From: Bigelowiella natans CCMP2755
Lineage: Eukaryota > Protista > Cercozoa
Assembly (NCBI GenBank): GCA_000320545.1
Contig: ADNK01001858.1
Location: 1 to 64,000 of the forward strand
Direction: 5' to 3'
DNA: 64,000 bases
The notes beneath the pieces were generated by a model. That model was not told the origin of the DNA, ran no database searches, and saw nothing but the letters and a program-made list of their open reading frames with translations. Below are positions 1-14,048 of the stretch, one piece after another. Each line of letters opens with the position of its first letter. Position 1 is the first letter of the stretch. The position numbers and the translations under genes are program-made.

Positions 1-156
1 TGATAAAGTATCCCGGGTGCCCTTAAAAGGATAGGAGGAGGGGGGGGGGGGGGGAGGGGGGGGGATCCACATAGCATAGCACTGCCATTACATTGTTTTC
101 CTTCTCGTCGTCGTATTGTTGTTGTTGTTGTTGTGTACTACGCATATTGTACACAG

Positions 157-694
157 GTGCTCCCATGAAGATCGCATGCGGTGGCGACAACGTGGAGTTA
201 TCTGTCCGCGACATAGACCATGACCAACAGCAGCAGCTCCAAGTCGGGCAGATCATCTGTGCCCCACACAAGCCCTTGCACTTTATTCAGGAATTTAAGG
301 CCAAAGTACTCACTCTCAGCGCAAAGGTATTGCTGCTATTTATACTACAATCAATGCACAACAACAACAACAACAACAACAACGATGACGAAAACAAGAA
401 GAATTGTATGCCTTTGCTCTTCTGCTGCTGGTGCTGCTGATATTAATGATGATAATGATGATGATGGTGACGATGATTTATGATGTCGTTTATGCGTTGT
501 TTTCATTGCATTATCGTGAATTTGCTTTTTGTTGTGCCGCTCACCTGTTTGCTGCCGCTATTTTCTGACCATTGTTCTTTGCAGCACTAAATGCCATTTT
601 GACATCGTTTTATGTGCAAACATAAGCAACATGATCTCACTGTTTTCCCTCCTCCCCTTTATTCTTCTTCTTTGGTACTAATACTACTCTATTG

Positions 695-727
<33 letters not shown>

Positions 728-1979
728 GGTTCTACTCCTTTAGATTCCTCTATTTGCAGGACAGAACATTGTGGTGTTCAGCCTAGGCTCTGGCAAGCCC
801 GCATTTATCCAGTAATTATGCCTATTTCATTTGATTGTTTGTTGCTATTATGTATTCTTTACTATCATTATTTAATGGACTCCCTGCTACTTACTAATAC
901 TATTCTTCTCGTCATACAGCTGCAGTCGTAGCCAAATATTACAAACAACACAAGTTGTCCAAATACTTTATCATCACCACCATTATCACCATCATCAAAA
1001 TTATCATAGCCTTCTTCTTTGTCTGCCAAATGATGACGACTATGCTACTACTTGCTTACTTCCATACTTACTTACTAACTCACTACCCATGCAATGGTAG
1101 CCGATTGGTTCGGCAGATAGACCGCAAGACAGGAGAGGTTGTGTTCATTGTTCTATTGGCTGCTGCTGCTTCTGCTACATACTGCTATTTGCTTGCTTGC
1201 TGCATTATTATCATCCCCCTCCTCTCCTCAACACTGCTGCCGCGCACTTGGGCACTTATCGATGATGATCTGCTGCTATTCACAGACGACTCGAGAGAAA
1301 CCTCGCTGTATTCCTCGTATGTCCGCAGCTGAAATTGTGGTTAGTAGTATTAGTAGCGGTTGTAGTAGTAAATAGAAGGTGTAGGAGCAGAGGTATTTGT
1401 ATAGCATCGTTTGTGAAACCTTTTGCTGCTACAGCAGCAGCAGCAGCAGCAGCAACAACAACAACAACAGGGCATAGTGTTCGATGCGGGTCTGAAAAGA
1501 AGATGACAACGACAGGATCAAGGGATAGTGCTAGTGATGGTGATGATGATGATGACGATGGTGGTGTGGATCTAGTCGTGATATCTTCATCTTTTTCAAA
1601 GATGAAGCATCTTGATCACATATTGGCTCTCTTCTTTCTCACTCTGCTCCTTTTCCTCCTGTCCTCGTACTACGAACGCTGTAATAACAGATAAGAACAC
1701 ATGACCCTGTCTGCATCTATCCATTCCGTGATAATCCTGCTCTTGGACGCATCTCAATTCGTCGTGCAAATGAAACGGTTATTCAAGCAGAGAGAAAGAA
1801 GAAGAAGAGAAAGGAGAAGAAGAGAGCCACAAAATAACTAATCATGACCCTCAATAAACTACGAAAAAAATGTAGTATCGTTATTGCTGATGCGGGATAT
1901 TCTGACGATCTTTATGTCTTCGATGATCCTACAGGTGGCTTATGGTATTATCGAGAGTGTAGTTCAGAAGCTGTCATGA
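157..1979 (+). CDS. HBS1/eRF3/EF-1alpha-like translational GTPase, C-terminal domains II-III (5'-truncated, at least 6 exons in window)
   Basis: GT-AG spliced exons read GAPMKIACGGDNVELSVRDID..LQVGQIIC..EFKAKVLTLSAK | IPLFAGQNIVVFSLGSGKPAFI | RLVRQIDRKTGE | TTREKPRCIPRMSAAEIV | IRTHDPVCIYPFRDNPALGRISIRRANET | VAYGIIESVVQKLS*, with TGA at 1977-1979. This matches the EF-Tu-superfamily C-terminal beta-barrels and is closest in style to HBS1. Confidence 0.8.
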
Positions 1980-3559
1980 GGGCAAGAAGAAGAGATGGAG
2001 GAGGGGGAGGAAGAAGAAGAGACACTCAAATCGAGATAAAAAACGATCATTTTAATAAGTAAGTTGACTAGACATTGACGATGGCCACCACGCACGCTTG
2101 CGCAGTCAAACATGCACAACAACCCCTGATATGTTATCGAGTTGTAGCAGCATCAGAAGTTATGGGTCATTGAGCATTTTCCACGTAGAGATTCTGCTGA
2201 ACATGCGCGTTGCGAGAGCTTCTGCTTTGCAATTCAGGCTTATTAGAATTTACGTGTGTGTCTTACGATTTCAAGTGAATCGAAGAAAGTCGTGATAATT
2301 ATCGTGTTGCCGCTGTGTTAATTGCTGCTTGCATTTCAGATAATGTATATGGCTAGCTAGGCATATTCACAAGTGCTTCATGTGATTTTTGCAGTCATAA
2401 TCCAGGCTACTTATTAATTACGCAATCGTATGCGGCGACGGTTTAGCTGCAGCGCATATCTAGATATGCCCGACAAGTAAAGATAGATTACATGCCTCCT
2501 GCGATCAATAGTGCATGCTACTTGCCATATTCTTGCATGCGACCAGCCACGAATAAATGTGATATACCGTTGTGCAACGATCGAATATGCGCGAATCAGT
2601 GTCGTAGCCCGCGAACATCAAGACAGGCTTCCCTAGTTCCCTTTATTATACAACATACAACCACAGTCATAGCGATGATTCAAACTATGAGCAGCCGCGC
2701 TCTGAGATGAAGATAGTCACTGAGCTATACAGTTAGTGAGCGTGGAGTAAATAAAGAAGCAGCTTCAGGCTAATTAGAATAGTACTCACCAAGTAAAGTA
2801 CCAAATTTTGAATGCGTGATGCTTGTTTGCTTGCTTTGTACATGTGCATCCTTAGTGCTATCTTAGATTACGAAGACTTGCAAGCTATGTATAATCATGT
2901 GCCATTTGCTGACAGGTTTAATATTTCACTGGGCACGTGAATGTATGGGTATGCTTAAGAAGCCTTCTTTTTCCGTCGTACACTTGATCGAATACGGTAT
3001 ATTTGGTAATAATCCCATGCAATCCCCACTAACAGTATGAAAATAACGAGGATGTTACCTAAATATCACACACACAAACAGTATGTCTATGTACACGCAA
3101 CACGTATTACAATGTGCATGTGTCTCGAATCAGGCGATAGAATAATCCGAGCGAAATCGTAGCATCAGGATGGAAGATATAAAGCATGTATTGTTATGGC
3201 ATAAAGAGCGGGATGAATACGACCGATGAGAAAATATGTAACCCATGTTGGAAGTTCCCTTAATGCCTAAAGTATAGTAGGAAGAGAGCAGGAAGAAAGT
3301 AAATGTACGATGCAATCACGGTAATAGATCGAGTCAATGGCAGTGAAACAATAATTCAGCAGCGGCACAACATAATAGTTAATAGTTACAAGCAATACAC
3401 ACTTATATATATATCTAATAAAATCAAAACTGCCACGTAATCTGAGGGTGCAGGAGATGTTGCAGTCGTTGCGTTGTGGCCGCCCATTCAAGAAGCAGGA
3501 AGGCAAATTAGTGTATTTGTTCGCAAACCCGGTGCACAAGAAAGGTTAATTCTCCTATC

Positions 3560-6363
3560 AGCGTAACATGAAACTCTTCTTCCACACCTTGAAGCAGACA
3601 ACAAAGGGGTATCACCGTTCAGAATGGCCAAGAAAGTCGCTTTATTTGGCGACGAAAGGATTAGAATATTTGCTATGCTAGGATGTATTTATGTGTATAC
3701 GTGTATGTACGAGTCTTCTCGTTACAGCGATTTGGTTATTACGTTTCTCCACTAATCCTGAAGAAGAAGGAGTAGTAGTAGTAGTAGTAGGCGTGATCAT
3801 ATCGAGATGAAACGTAGTAGCTAAATTCCCCCATAAACGCCACCAAGGAGCCCTGTATATCAAAGTGTAGAATGTGAAGTAAGGGAGGGGGGGGGGGCAG
3901 GAAAGGGGAGGAAGGGTGTGTCTGCTTGCTAAGAAGTAAAGGTAGGGATTAAATAGGCTGATTATCCTTCTCTTCCTTCTTCAATTGGTCAATTATTTGA
4001 TTCTTTCCTACTACCCCTGCATTTTGACAAAGCCCACAAGAATGTACCGAACGCCATCTGTGATTTCGACACCTAATACAGCAGGATATAGCAGCGTCGT
4101 GTTTTCATTTCCTCAATACGCAGTCTTAAAAACATAAAGACGTCATTGTTTCCTCCTGAAGCAGCAAGAACCTGTGAGCCTACTACTACTACTACTACTA
4201 CTACTACTATTACTATTACTACTTCATTTAATACCTTTGTGATACAATGCTGAAGGATGGAAAAGCACGTCTCCTTTCTGTGTAGTAATGATGATAAGCA
4301 TGATAATCAAAGTAGTAATAGAGTAGGAGCCAACGTGAAAAACGATGACAGTAGCATTCAAACACTACAAGTAAGTATGACGAGGGGAAGAAGCAAAGAG
4401 CACTGTGTGCACTTATTCCAGAGCAGCAGCAGGCAGCAATCACCTTAATATGTATTGTACGGTTGATAGCCTTTACGTATGTTCCTCCGCCCTTATAGTC
4501 GGAATCTAATGAAAGGGGAAGATGTGATGTCATGATGTATTGATGAAGATTTCATGATATTTTTAAAATATTAGTTCAATCGAAAGGCGGAGATAAATTG
4601 AAGTAAGGGAAGGGAGAAGTAGAGAAGGAAACACCTAGATAAATTGATGAGTTTGGTTGGTCGGTAGCTTGTTTATATTTATTCTGGATCTCTTTTTGTT
4701 AAAGTTGTTGTTTTGTTATTGTAGTTTTTCTTAATACCAAACGATTGCAGTGCGATGTTGAATGACAAATGTGACCTAAAAAAAGTGACAAACGGGAAGC
4801 AAATGATAATCGTAATCATAATGCTGCTGCTGATTATAATGAATGATGAAGAGTCGCTGTATGAATGTATCTATGAATGATACACTCAATATCGATAATT
4901 TTGTTCTGTTGTGTCGAATCGCCATTTTACACATTTTGAAACGTATTCTTGCTTTTACCCGTCTTTATGCAGCGATAGTGAACGTTGACCTCCCATGGCA
5001 TATCTTACTCAATAAGATATAAGAGGGGGGGATAATGAGGGGAGGGAGGGTGAAAGGTGAGTGGGGTCTGGATGTAAAGACGGAAGTACAAAGAGCGGAT
5101 CAAACATACTTTACGACGAATAAATCACGAAGATATAAAGGACTCTTGTTCCTGCTACTGCTGATACTGTCCTCTTCTTGGATTGACTTTCCAGATGTTC
5201 TTTCAGAGAAGTGATATTTTTCTTCTTTGTCATGTGTTTCCCAAGGAACATCGACTTTGTAGATATGCTCTAGTCTCCTGAATACTTTGCTTTCAAGGCT
5301 TGAGTTCCTGAATAATGCAGCATCAAATCAGATGGTTTCCTGAAGATTTCTTTAGAAGCTGTTTTTTTTTCAGCCATTATTTTCCGCTGGTTATACTATT
5401 CGTGCCGCGTATTGCTTAAAGTTGAGTCTCACAATACCAGAATTTGGCTATGTACGGGATATCGAATGCAGAAAGATCTACAGTTGGATATGATTCGTGA
5501 CGATGGGACATCCATCCACCACGTGACTTTGCAACTAATAAAAGTATGCAGCAGTAGCAGCACCAACAGCAGCAGCAGAAGGTGTTTATCAGTGGGTAGT
5601 GCACAAATATATACGATTAGTTTTTCCGTCCCAAAATTAGAGTAGCGTTGAAATATGATAGACCTGCCTCTGCTGCTTCAATTATTGCATCGCACTGTTC
5701 GTGAGTGAGGAGTGGTTCTGATCTTAACTTTGCTGTGGCGTTGAGCTGTGTTGCCACAACTAGCACGTACGCTCCACTGCCCATCACCGTCAGAAGCATT
5801 ACCATCGCCAGATTTACCTTCCACTGCAACATTTACGCATAAGATGTTACAGAAAATAAGCGCAAGATGGAAAACGACTTACCCAGCAGGAACCACCAAT
5901 GATCATTTCGACACATCCTTCAACCTTCTTCATGATAAGGAAGTGCCGTCTCCTCCCCTCGTATAAATCTAAACACGAGTTTGGTCGTAGAGGGGCATCG
6001 ATTTCGTACTACCGGTCTTGTTTCTTAGTCTATGCTTTCGCTGCTGCCCTCACCTCACACAGCAGCACTCTGCCTGTCTGATCAGGATGAGGATGAGGAG
6101 GATGGAGGAGAAGACCGTTCTCAATCCCAGCTGAGAATCTCCATTTGTTGTTCGATATTTGGTGGAAATGGAGGCGAATTTGTTGCTAAATACGAGTAGT
6201 AGTATTGTCATGAGATGCTACATGCCAGTACATGCGTTACCATTATGTTACTACTGCTACTTTTGGTATTTATCAGAACTCTTTTCTCATCTGCGACAAG
6301 AACTCTACCTTGTCGCTTGCTCATGTAGAGCTTAGAACTGCATTGAAGGTTGTCCTCATTCAT
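3560..6363 (-). CDS. 2OG-Fe(II) dioxygenase (lysyl/prolyl hydroxylase-like), multi-exon; both ends uncertain
   Basis: Exons SEPLLTHEQCDAIIEAAEA, GGWMSHRHESYPTVDL, KYAMGGQRSLSLHKDG | SHLSFNIALQS, DSDYKGGGTYVKAINRTIHIK | KGDVLFHPSALYHKG | VEITDGVRYILVGFVK. The HxD...H iron triad and the 2OG-binding Arg are present. Confidence 0.8.
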
Positions 6364-7106
6364 GAGTGCTTGTTTTCTGTGCACGTCTGCGCATGGCAAG
6401 CCTTCGTCACGATGGTGGATTCAAGGCGCGATCCACTTTGATAAAAAGGTTTTCACTTGTGCATGAGGAAGTCATTCACGTCTCATGCTTGAAACTGCCT
6501 CATGCGTCATGAACTGAGCTCACATTCTTAATTGGGTTATTCACACAAGATCGAACGGCGCGCAAACTCCAGGCTGAAGAGTGGTGAAAGCATTGTAATG
6601 GAATGACATGGCATCGAATGGAGTAATTGTCGTTCTTTTGTTGCGATCGCACATGGATTCATTACAATTTGACGTACATGCACTTGTCTCTCGGCTAGGC
6701 TGTAATTGTAACGCTAAACAGCAGGTGCACTTTCGTGTTGCTAGTCATCATCGCCTGCATCGTTAATTTTTAGTTTTCTCTTTGACTTTAACTTTAACGG
6801 ATTTTTTTTCCTTGCCTCACCCTACGAATAAGAGACATTTATATGATAAGTAGCCATCTCCATAAAGCATAGTGTTGCGTTGAATGGAAACCATTACTTC
6901 GCGAAATGAAGTAAAAATTACAGAGAATCGAAAACATTCTCTTCATAAGTACGACGCTCGTTCCACACGACAAAGTACCTGGCCTAAAATCTTATTTATG
7001 ATCTTCTTCCGACTGAAAAAATATTGAAAAGTAGTCAGCAAATAAAGCGGTTACAATCCATTGCAACCGTGTGATTCCATGATTTCGCAGATCCAAGCAT
7101 TTAGTA

Positions 7107-7912
7107 CTACGATACACATACTAAGAAAACTAGTAACCTCTTAAGTTTTCGAGCAACTTTGGCCTTTCTCCTCTCCTGGATCTCCTTGAGAGCTTCAAGT
7201 TTCTCGGCCTTATTTGCCCTTCGAATGGTTGTAGTATCTGTAGCATGTCGCAACAAATTGACCTCCTCTCCTATGTCACCTAGAAGCTCTCTTGTGCTTT
7301 GTGCTACGTGTTCTTTAGGTTTCCTTCCTTCGAAGGTATACGAGGACTCTATGCTGGCGATGTCTTCTGGAGACAACTTGCATGTAGCCATAGGGTGCAA
7401 CCAACGAACTCCATCGAGTGATAGCGCTTTGCCCATACAATAATAATAATTACTGCTGAGACCGGATGGGGGAGACGACAACGATGAGGAGGATGAGCGC
7501 CGGATTAGCCCGACGGGCGTGGGAATTATTAGAGCGTCAATGTTTGAATTGTTCCCCTCACCCCCTCCCCCCCCCCGACCATCAGGATTGATAGTATTAT
7601 CGGAAGGAGTGTAGTGACGATTCTGTAAGATCCATCTTGCTGCCACTGCTTCGATAGAAATACCGAGTCTAGATGCAATCGCTTTGAGGCAAGCTCTTAG
7701 TTTCTGAAGGCTGTGCCAACCACCGAATCCCTCTACCATGCGAGACCGTACAGCATGTGCAGGATCTAAGTAGTAGAGTCAATAGAAATAAGTAAGGAAA
7801 CGCCACAGTGCGTTTGTTCGCGCTTATCTTTATCACACACAAGATGATACACGGAGATAGCATTCTCAATCTAATAAAGCGTTAACCAAGAAACTACCAA
7901 ATGTAGCATCAT

Positions 7913-7947
<35 letters not shown>

Positions 7948-8613
7948 CTATAAAATCCTACTTGAAGCTGCAGCTGCCGTGTCGGTATTCAGAGGAACTT
8001 GAGCGTCCAGGACAGAAGAAGTGGCAGCCTCACCACCATCATCATATCCATCACCATAATCATCATTTCTCTTATTCCTCATAATATCCTCTGGATCAAG
8101 AATAGATCTGGCATCTTCACCTACCGCCCTATCTACCGCAGTTTCTAGCAATGTGTGACAAAATGGATTTGTAGCGACAACTTGTTGGCCAGCTGTGAAT
8201 GCAACGTCAAATAGTGATAAAAGAGCCCTTTGGTCTAATAGAGAGAACGACACCTAGAAGAGTAGTAGTAGCAGCCATTTATGATAACATTATCAGCACT
8301 ATTGAAACAAGGACAGGGCGATAAGTAATTAATTCGCGCATCATCCAGTACGCACAATACAAACAAAATGTGCTAGAAGGAATATATTGGTAAAGTGGGA
8401 ATCATGATAGATGATAGTAATGATAATAATAATGATGATGATGATGATGATTGTTATTATTATTAGTAGTAGAAGTAATAGGAATAGTAGTCGTAGAGTA
8501 GTATGGCACTACTTGTGCAACGTGCGTGCGTTGATCATCAATTTGGAGAGCTGCCATTCGTGAAGGAGAAAGGTTGCACGTTCCAACTAAACGAGTTCTG
8601 TTCAATATGCGTT

Positions 8614-8651
<38 letters not shown>

Positions 8652-11600
8652 TATAATTATTATTATCATAATCATAATCATAATTGTATCAGGAGGGATA
8701 AGCAGGAAAGAAGGAGGAGGAGGAGGAGGAGGAGGAGGAGGAGGAGAAATGCGGTATTAGTATTGAAAGTCTTCTACGTTGATAATCATATGTATTACTT
8801 AGAGTTTCCCAAGGTTGATACACAGCGATGAAGCGCTTGGAAGAATCTCACCATACGAGGGACCTGTCATCATATGTGGTACGTGCTGCTGCTCAATTAT
8901 CTACCTGACATCATATTTGGTGCTAATGATCCTCCTCCTCCTCCTCCTACTACTACTATTTATTTGTTTGTTTGCTTGTTACCGCACGTTCCTTGGCCTC
9001 TTTCTGGAGCTGCTCCTGAGCCATCCACTCCTTCTTGCTTCGACGTGGTCGACGTATCACTTGGTAATTCTAACAGGACGACGACGACGAAAACACAATC
9101 TTGATATCATGATCATCATGCAAGAGAAGAGACAACAAAGATCACATGCTCGGGGAGCTTCAGCAAATATGAATGTATTCCTTGTTTACGAAGGTAGGAG
9201 AGGAGGGGAGGGGGGTGATCGATAGTAGCAATGATGATCTATTGCTCTTTACAGTTATGAAGTAGAAGAAATTGAAGGGAGAGAAGAGGATGATGATGAT
9301 TAAGGCCATTCGTTGTGATAACTATATTATAAATTAATATTATCGCGTACTTCTCCCTTTCTCTTAAGCAGTAAAGAACCCTTCTCTGCGATTACCTGCG
9401 GGAATGATTGACACAAACATAATGCCACCAAATATTAAACAAGGTTAATTACAGCAGAAGCAGGAGGAGGAGGTCGCCGCATATTACATTGGAAGAAGGA
9501 AAAGAATGCACACGAAAACAAGAACAGCAGCAACAACAAGTGGTAATACAAGTACTATTACTACAACTACTATTATGCTAATAATACAGAACCAGCCTTC
9601 CGTCCACATTAGCCATCCTGCCTATCCAATCTCCAGGCTGCAGACTATCAATCACATGATTAAACCCCTTCAATCGGGCAATCTCTCGCTGAATAACATC
9701 CTCCCGTGACAGTCCCGGTGGGGGATTTTCTGCCTTTCGAATGGCGTCTCGGTACCTCAGCATCTCTGTCGCGACTGGCTGCGACAATGACGATATGCCG
9801 TTTAAGGAGGGGGAGAAAGCGCCGCCGACCTTCGTCTTGAAGAGAGAGTTCTTAGAGTTTACTGCACAAAAGAAAAGTGAAGGAGGCAAAGAACAACAAG
9901 GAGGAGGAGGGGGTGTTGTATCAAGGCTACGAAGCTAAGAGCACTGCAATTGTTAAGATTCTTGTCTACTTTCTACTGAGAAAGAGAGAGAAGGAAAAAA
10001 GAAGAGGGTGGGAGGGAAGAAAGGAGGAGGGATACTTGATTCTTCTAAAGGTGGTAGTATTACCCAGAGCTGAAAGGGCATTTTCATGGGTCTGGAGTGA
10101 CTTGATGAGAGCATTTGGTTTTATGGATAATGATGATGATGATGATGACGGTGACCCTAACGTCGCGAGTGAGTTCTGAGCAGCTTCTAAGTTGAGCTCA
10201 ATCGACCTATCTTGGAGCTCAGAGGGCTGAAGCTCTACTTCCAGTCCCTATATGCACGGAAGAAGAAGAAGAAGAAGAAGAAGATAACATCAACAGATGG
10301 ATGGATGGATGGATGGATGGATGGATGGATATCGGTGCATGCATTTTCATCATAAGCCAATCCTTCCTTCCCCTTGGGTAGCGTTTTAAGTGTTGCCAAC
10401 ACTGTTCTTCTCTCTCTTCGTCATCTATCCCTCATTCGCCTCCTCTTCCTCCTCTTCTTCTTCTTCGGTAGTACTAGGATACTACTACTACTACTACTAC
10501 TACTACTACAACACCTTTTCACAAAGAATATCTCTGTGGTGCTGAATGTGGTTTTGGTGCCATTTGCTGTCGTCTTCCCCCTCCCATTGCCCCATCAGCA
10601 CGTCGAACTTAGTCAACCCCAAGCTTCAAAACAAAAACAACAACAACAGATAATGATGATGATGATGCAGCATTTAACATCACGACATACCAACATCGTC
10701 GTTAGAACTAACAATTACCGATGAAGAGTTCGATTGACTCTCTGCATAATTTGTTTCTCAATTGTCCTGTTGATCTTGCTGCTGCTTCTACTACTAGAAT
10801 GATCTGCTCTTTTTACAGCTCTTTCGGACAAAAGGGACGAAGGAGGAGCCATCCGCATCTTGAAGAAAAAGACAACTTCCTCTCGCAAGGGAGAGGGGCA
10901 CACCTTCAAGAATAACTCTGCAATCCGCTCAGCCTTTTGGGTATTTTTCAACAACAACAACATCAACAGAAGTAAGGGAATGAAAGCCAAAGCATCAAAT
11001 ATTAGCAAGAAGAGCGCCATAATCAACACCTCCTTTCCGTCAACGTCAAATGTCGTGAAGCCGGCCTGATTGATTCATATATCATCAAAAGTGTCTCTCT
11101 GTGTGTGTGTGTGTGTGCGCGTGCGTGCGTTGTGTACTACAAATCTATTATCGTTATTATGGAGAGTTGAGTGGTGGTGGTTATTAACAACAACTTAACA
11201 ACTTACTCTGGCAAGTCGAAGCATCCCCACAACGGCTTCTGTACGCATTTTCCGTATAAAGTCAGGGAGATCCCCCTCATTTTCCTCCTTCTCACTACCT
11301 CGTGGTGGTGGTGGTGGTGTGTCTTTATGATTTGACCCTTGGAGTTTCATATTTGTAGTGGCTATACAGTCGTATTGCTTGGTCCTCGTTATGATCTTCT
11401 CATCGCCCTCATCGTTGCCGCCACTTCCATCATCGGCATCAGTAAATCGGTCATGCAACCCTATAATGATCCGACAAATGCGTCTTCGCCTGTCGCCGAC
11501 CTGTCCCAAGATTGTGTATCCCCTACGATTCCTTGGAAGAACGATCTCCTTCGTTCCAGAAGATGATGATAATGATGATGATGATGACGATAATGATGCT

Positions 11601-13496
11601 CGGCCACCAGTAGCCGTCGGGGCCTTCGGCTTTAGATGCTGCTGCTGCTGCTGCTGCTGCAATAGCTCTGTTTCAATTTCAGTCATGTTGAGAAATGCGC
11701 TAATTCCACCTGCACCCTCATATCTCTCTCCTCCTCCTCCTCCTCCTCCTCCTCCTCCTCTGTCATTAGCAAGCTTAGATCGTAGTAAGCAGACTGCTTC
11801 GAACATGGAACAAGGCAGCAGTGAAAACGACGACGACGATGACGATGTTTTTGCTGCTGCTACTGCCTCCTCCCCTCCCTCCACCTGTTGCTTTAACCGG
11901 TGTTCAAAGCCACCGAGAGCTTTGCAGAGGAGGACCTCGGAAACGGTACTGTTTGGCTGACAGAATCAGAATATATTGACGACGTGAGTCATGACGATGT
12001 AGGTCGTATGTTGGTTATTAAAAGACAACATGCATGGCGTGTGTAAAGGCAGCATATGAATATGCAAGCTGGTGGCAAGTGCGTTAGGAATAAGGTGCAG
12101 TAGTATCTTGTAGCAATATATCACTAATAACTCGTAGTAATGCTCTGTATCAATGTGTATCGAATAATAACGGCAAAATACTAACTACGATTCAAAAGCG
12201 AACTATTTAACGCTTTAGTCTTCTTCTTCTTCTTCTTCTTCTTCTTCTTCTTCTTCTACTACTACTACTACTATTCCTACTACCTGGTCATGTAGCAGAC
12301 TGTAAAGCTTAGAAGCAGATAGACGACCAGGTGCTGCGAGGTGTTTGAGCCGCACTAGAGACGCGTTGTCGTCTTTGAGCTCCAAGGATGGATCAAGTGG
12401 TTTCTTCTTCCTTCGAGGCGACATTTCTTCTGAGGGATTATAATTTTGTAACAAACCCAGCACTGCCAAACGAAACAACGACGATGATTCTTGTAAAATT
12501 CTTTTTGGAATTGATAGGCACCAGATCAGCATCTACGAGTTGTAGTTGTGACAAACGACTTACCTTCGGAGAAGTTTTTAGGAGGTGGCAATAGACGTCG
12601 GTATAATGGGGTAGGTAGATCTGCGCGCATTATCTGAAAATGTTTACAACAAAAGGACACCTTGCTTTGTTACTGTGTTCTGTTAAGGTTTATCCGACCA
12701 CTCTATCTTATGATCTTAGTATCTTTCTATCAACGTTTCGTTGAGGGCCGAAATGTGCTTTTGAATTACATCATCCCAAGTACTATGATACTTAATGCCC
12801 AATCTTCCTTCGTGTACTGATTCGGAATTGCCCCATGATCAAACTAGCTGACGAAATTTTACCCTTTCGCGCTTGAGTCTATAATATTCCAATTTAGCGG
12901 CAGCTTGAGCATCTTTTGCAGGCTGATTTGATTGTATTATGTTAAGCTCAAAACAAGGATTATAGAAAATGAAATGATCTAAGATTGAATGTGAAAATAA
13001 AAACTTCGGTTAGCAAAGTTTGATGTTTTATTACATCTTTTGCCTTCTTGTGGCGCTTCATGTGCTTTATGCGCTTACTGAACCTCCCGCCTCTCAGGTG
13101 CTGTACAACACGTGCGATGGGAATGGCCTTACCATCGCTATAGCTACCCTTTTTCGTCTTCTTCCAGGCTCCTTGTCGAAGAAGAATGTTACATTGTCTA
13201 GGTTGATCACGCTCTTGGTAATATCTCAACTGGAGGGAAGGTTCAAAGTCCTCAGCTACTGTTGTATCTATGGATCGGTAAGTTGTATCCGTCCCTATTC
13301 GCTTCTCTTTCAAATCAGAGGGGAAAGGAGAAGAGGTTGACGAAAGAAGTGCGGTTGTAGCGAACAGCATGATTGCCGTTTTGACAGGGATAAGTTTCTG
13401 GTTCTTGCGAGAGTAAGCACTGATGCCTCGATGATTCTCTTGCTTCCTCGCATTGTGTGATTTGTCGCCACTGGCTTGTTCGTCGGACCCTAGCAT
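7107..13496 (-). CDS. Large divergent aldo/keto reductase-domain protein with long N-terminal extension and low-complexity insertions (could be two genes)
   Basis: AKR-like segments in order: MLRLAR | AGFTTFDVDGKE, AERIAELFLK, VNRTLHR, RLVGTCNLSPSRMAAL..HVAQ | VSFSLLDQRA, GGWHSLQKLRACLKAIASRLGISIEAVAARWILQ, CKLSPEDIASI. Exon joins in 9000-12900 were not fully resolved. Confidence 0.6.
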
Positions 13497-14048
13497 CACG
13501 AAGGAACACAACAGCAACGAGCGATTTTTTTTTGCATTATTCCCGTGCAGCCCAGTCTGGAAAGCTTCTACTGTCCTGGAAGAAGCAAGTGAGCTCAGGG
13601 TTGGGGGGCTATCTAACACAAGCAGTCATCCAAATCATCACCGTCATCTCGAATTTAGGCCCTCAGTTCGACCCCGCGCGATCGTAGTCGAACCCTAGGC
13701 TGCTCTCTGATGGATGGGGTGGCACGCACGGTTCGGTACGAGCTGGCCATTAAATAAATAAAAATAATGCAAATTGTAATTCAGATGTTTCTAGTATCCA
13801 AAAATGTCCAGATCACGCCATGTGCAGCAAAGCCTTTATCTATCCATTCATCATAATCACATCCCAGAAACATCATACGATTTTTTGTCCTTTTCTCGAT
13901 ATTTCTCAGAGATTCAGAGACATCTCTGGAATTCTCCTCACACTCGAAAGAGGCGTTTCCAATGGGGTCTTGTAACTGACAACCATAGACCAACCTTGCT
14001 ACACCTTAATAGAATAATCGTCCAGAGGCTAGGAAATAAACTCCAACC

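Noticed and set aside
34-64. Poly-G tract as a functional G-quadruplex element
   Set aside because: Poly-G and poly-C runs are common in introns throughout the window and nothing singles this one out.
8402-8831. Poly-His, Ile, Arg and Gly ORFs, and the many YIYI, THTH, SLSL and CVCV ORFs across the window
   Set aside because: These are translations of intronic microsatellites, not proteins.
13750-13768. TAAATAAATAAA motif shared with about 37083-37095 in divergent promoters
   Set aside because: It is a low-complexity AT-rich word seen in only two of six such spacers, which is insufficient support.
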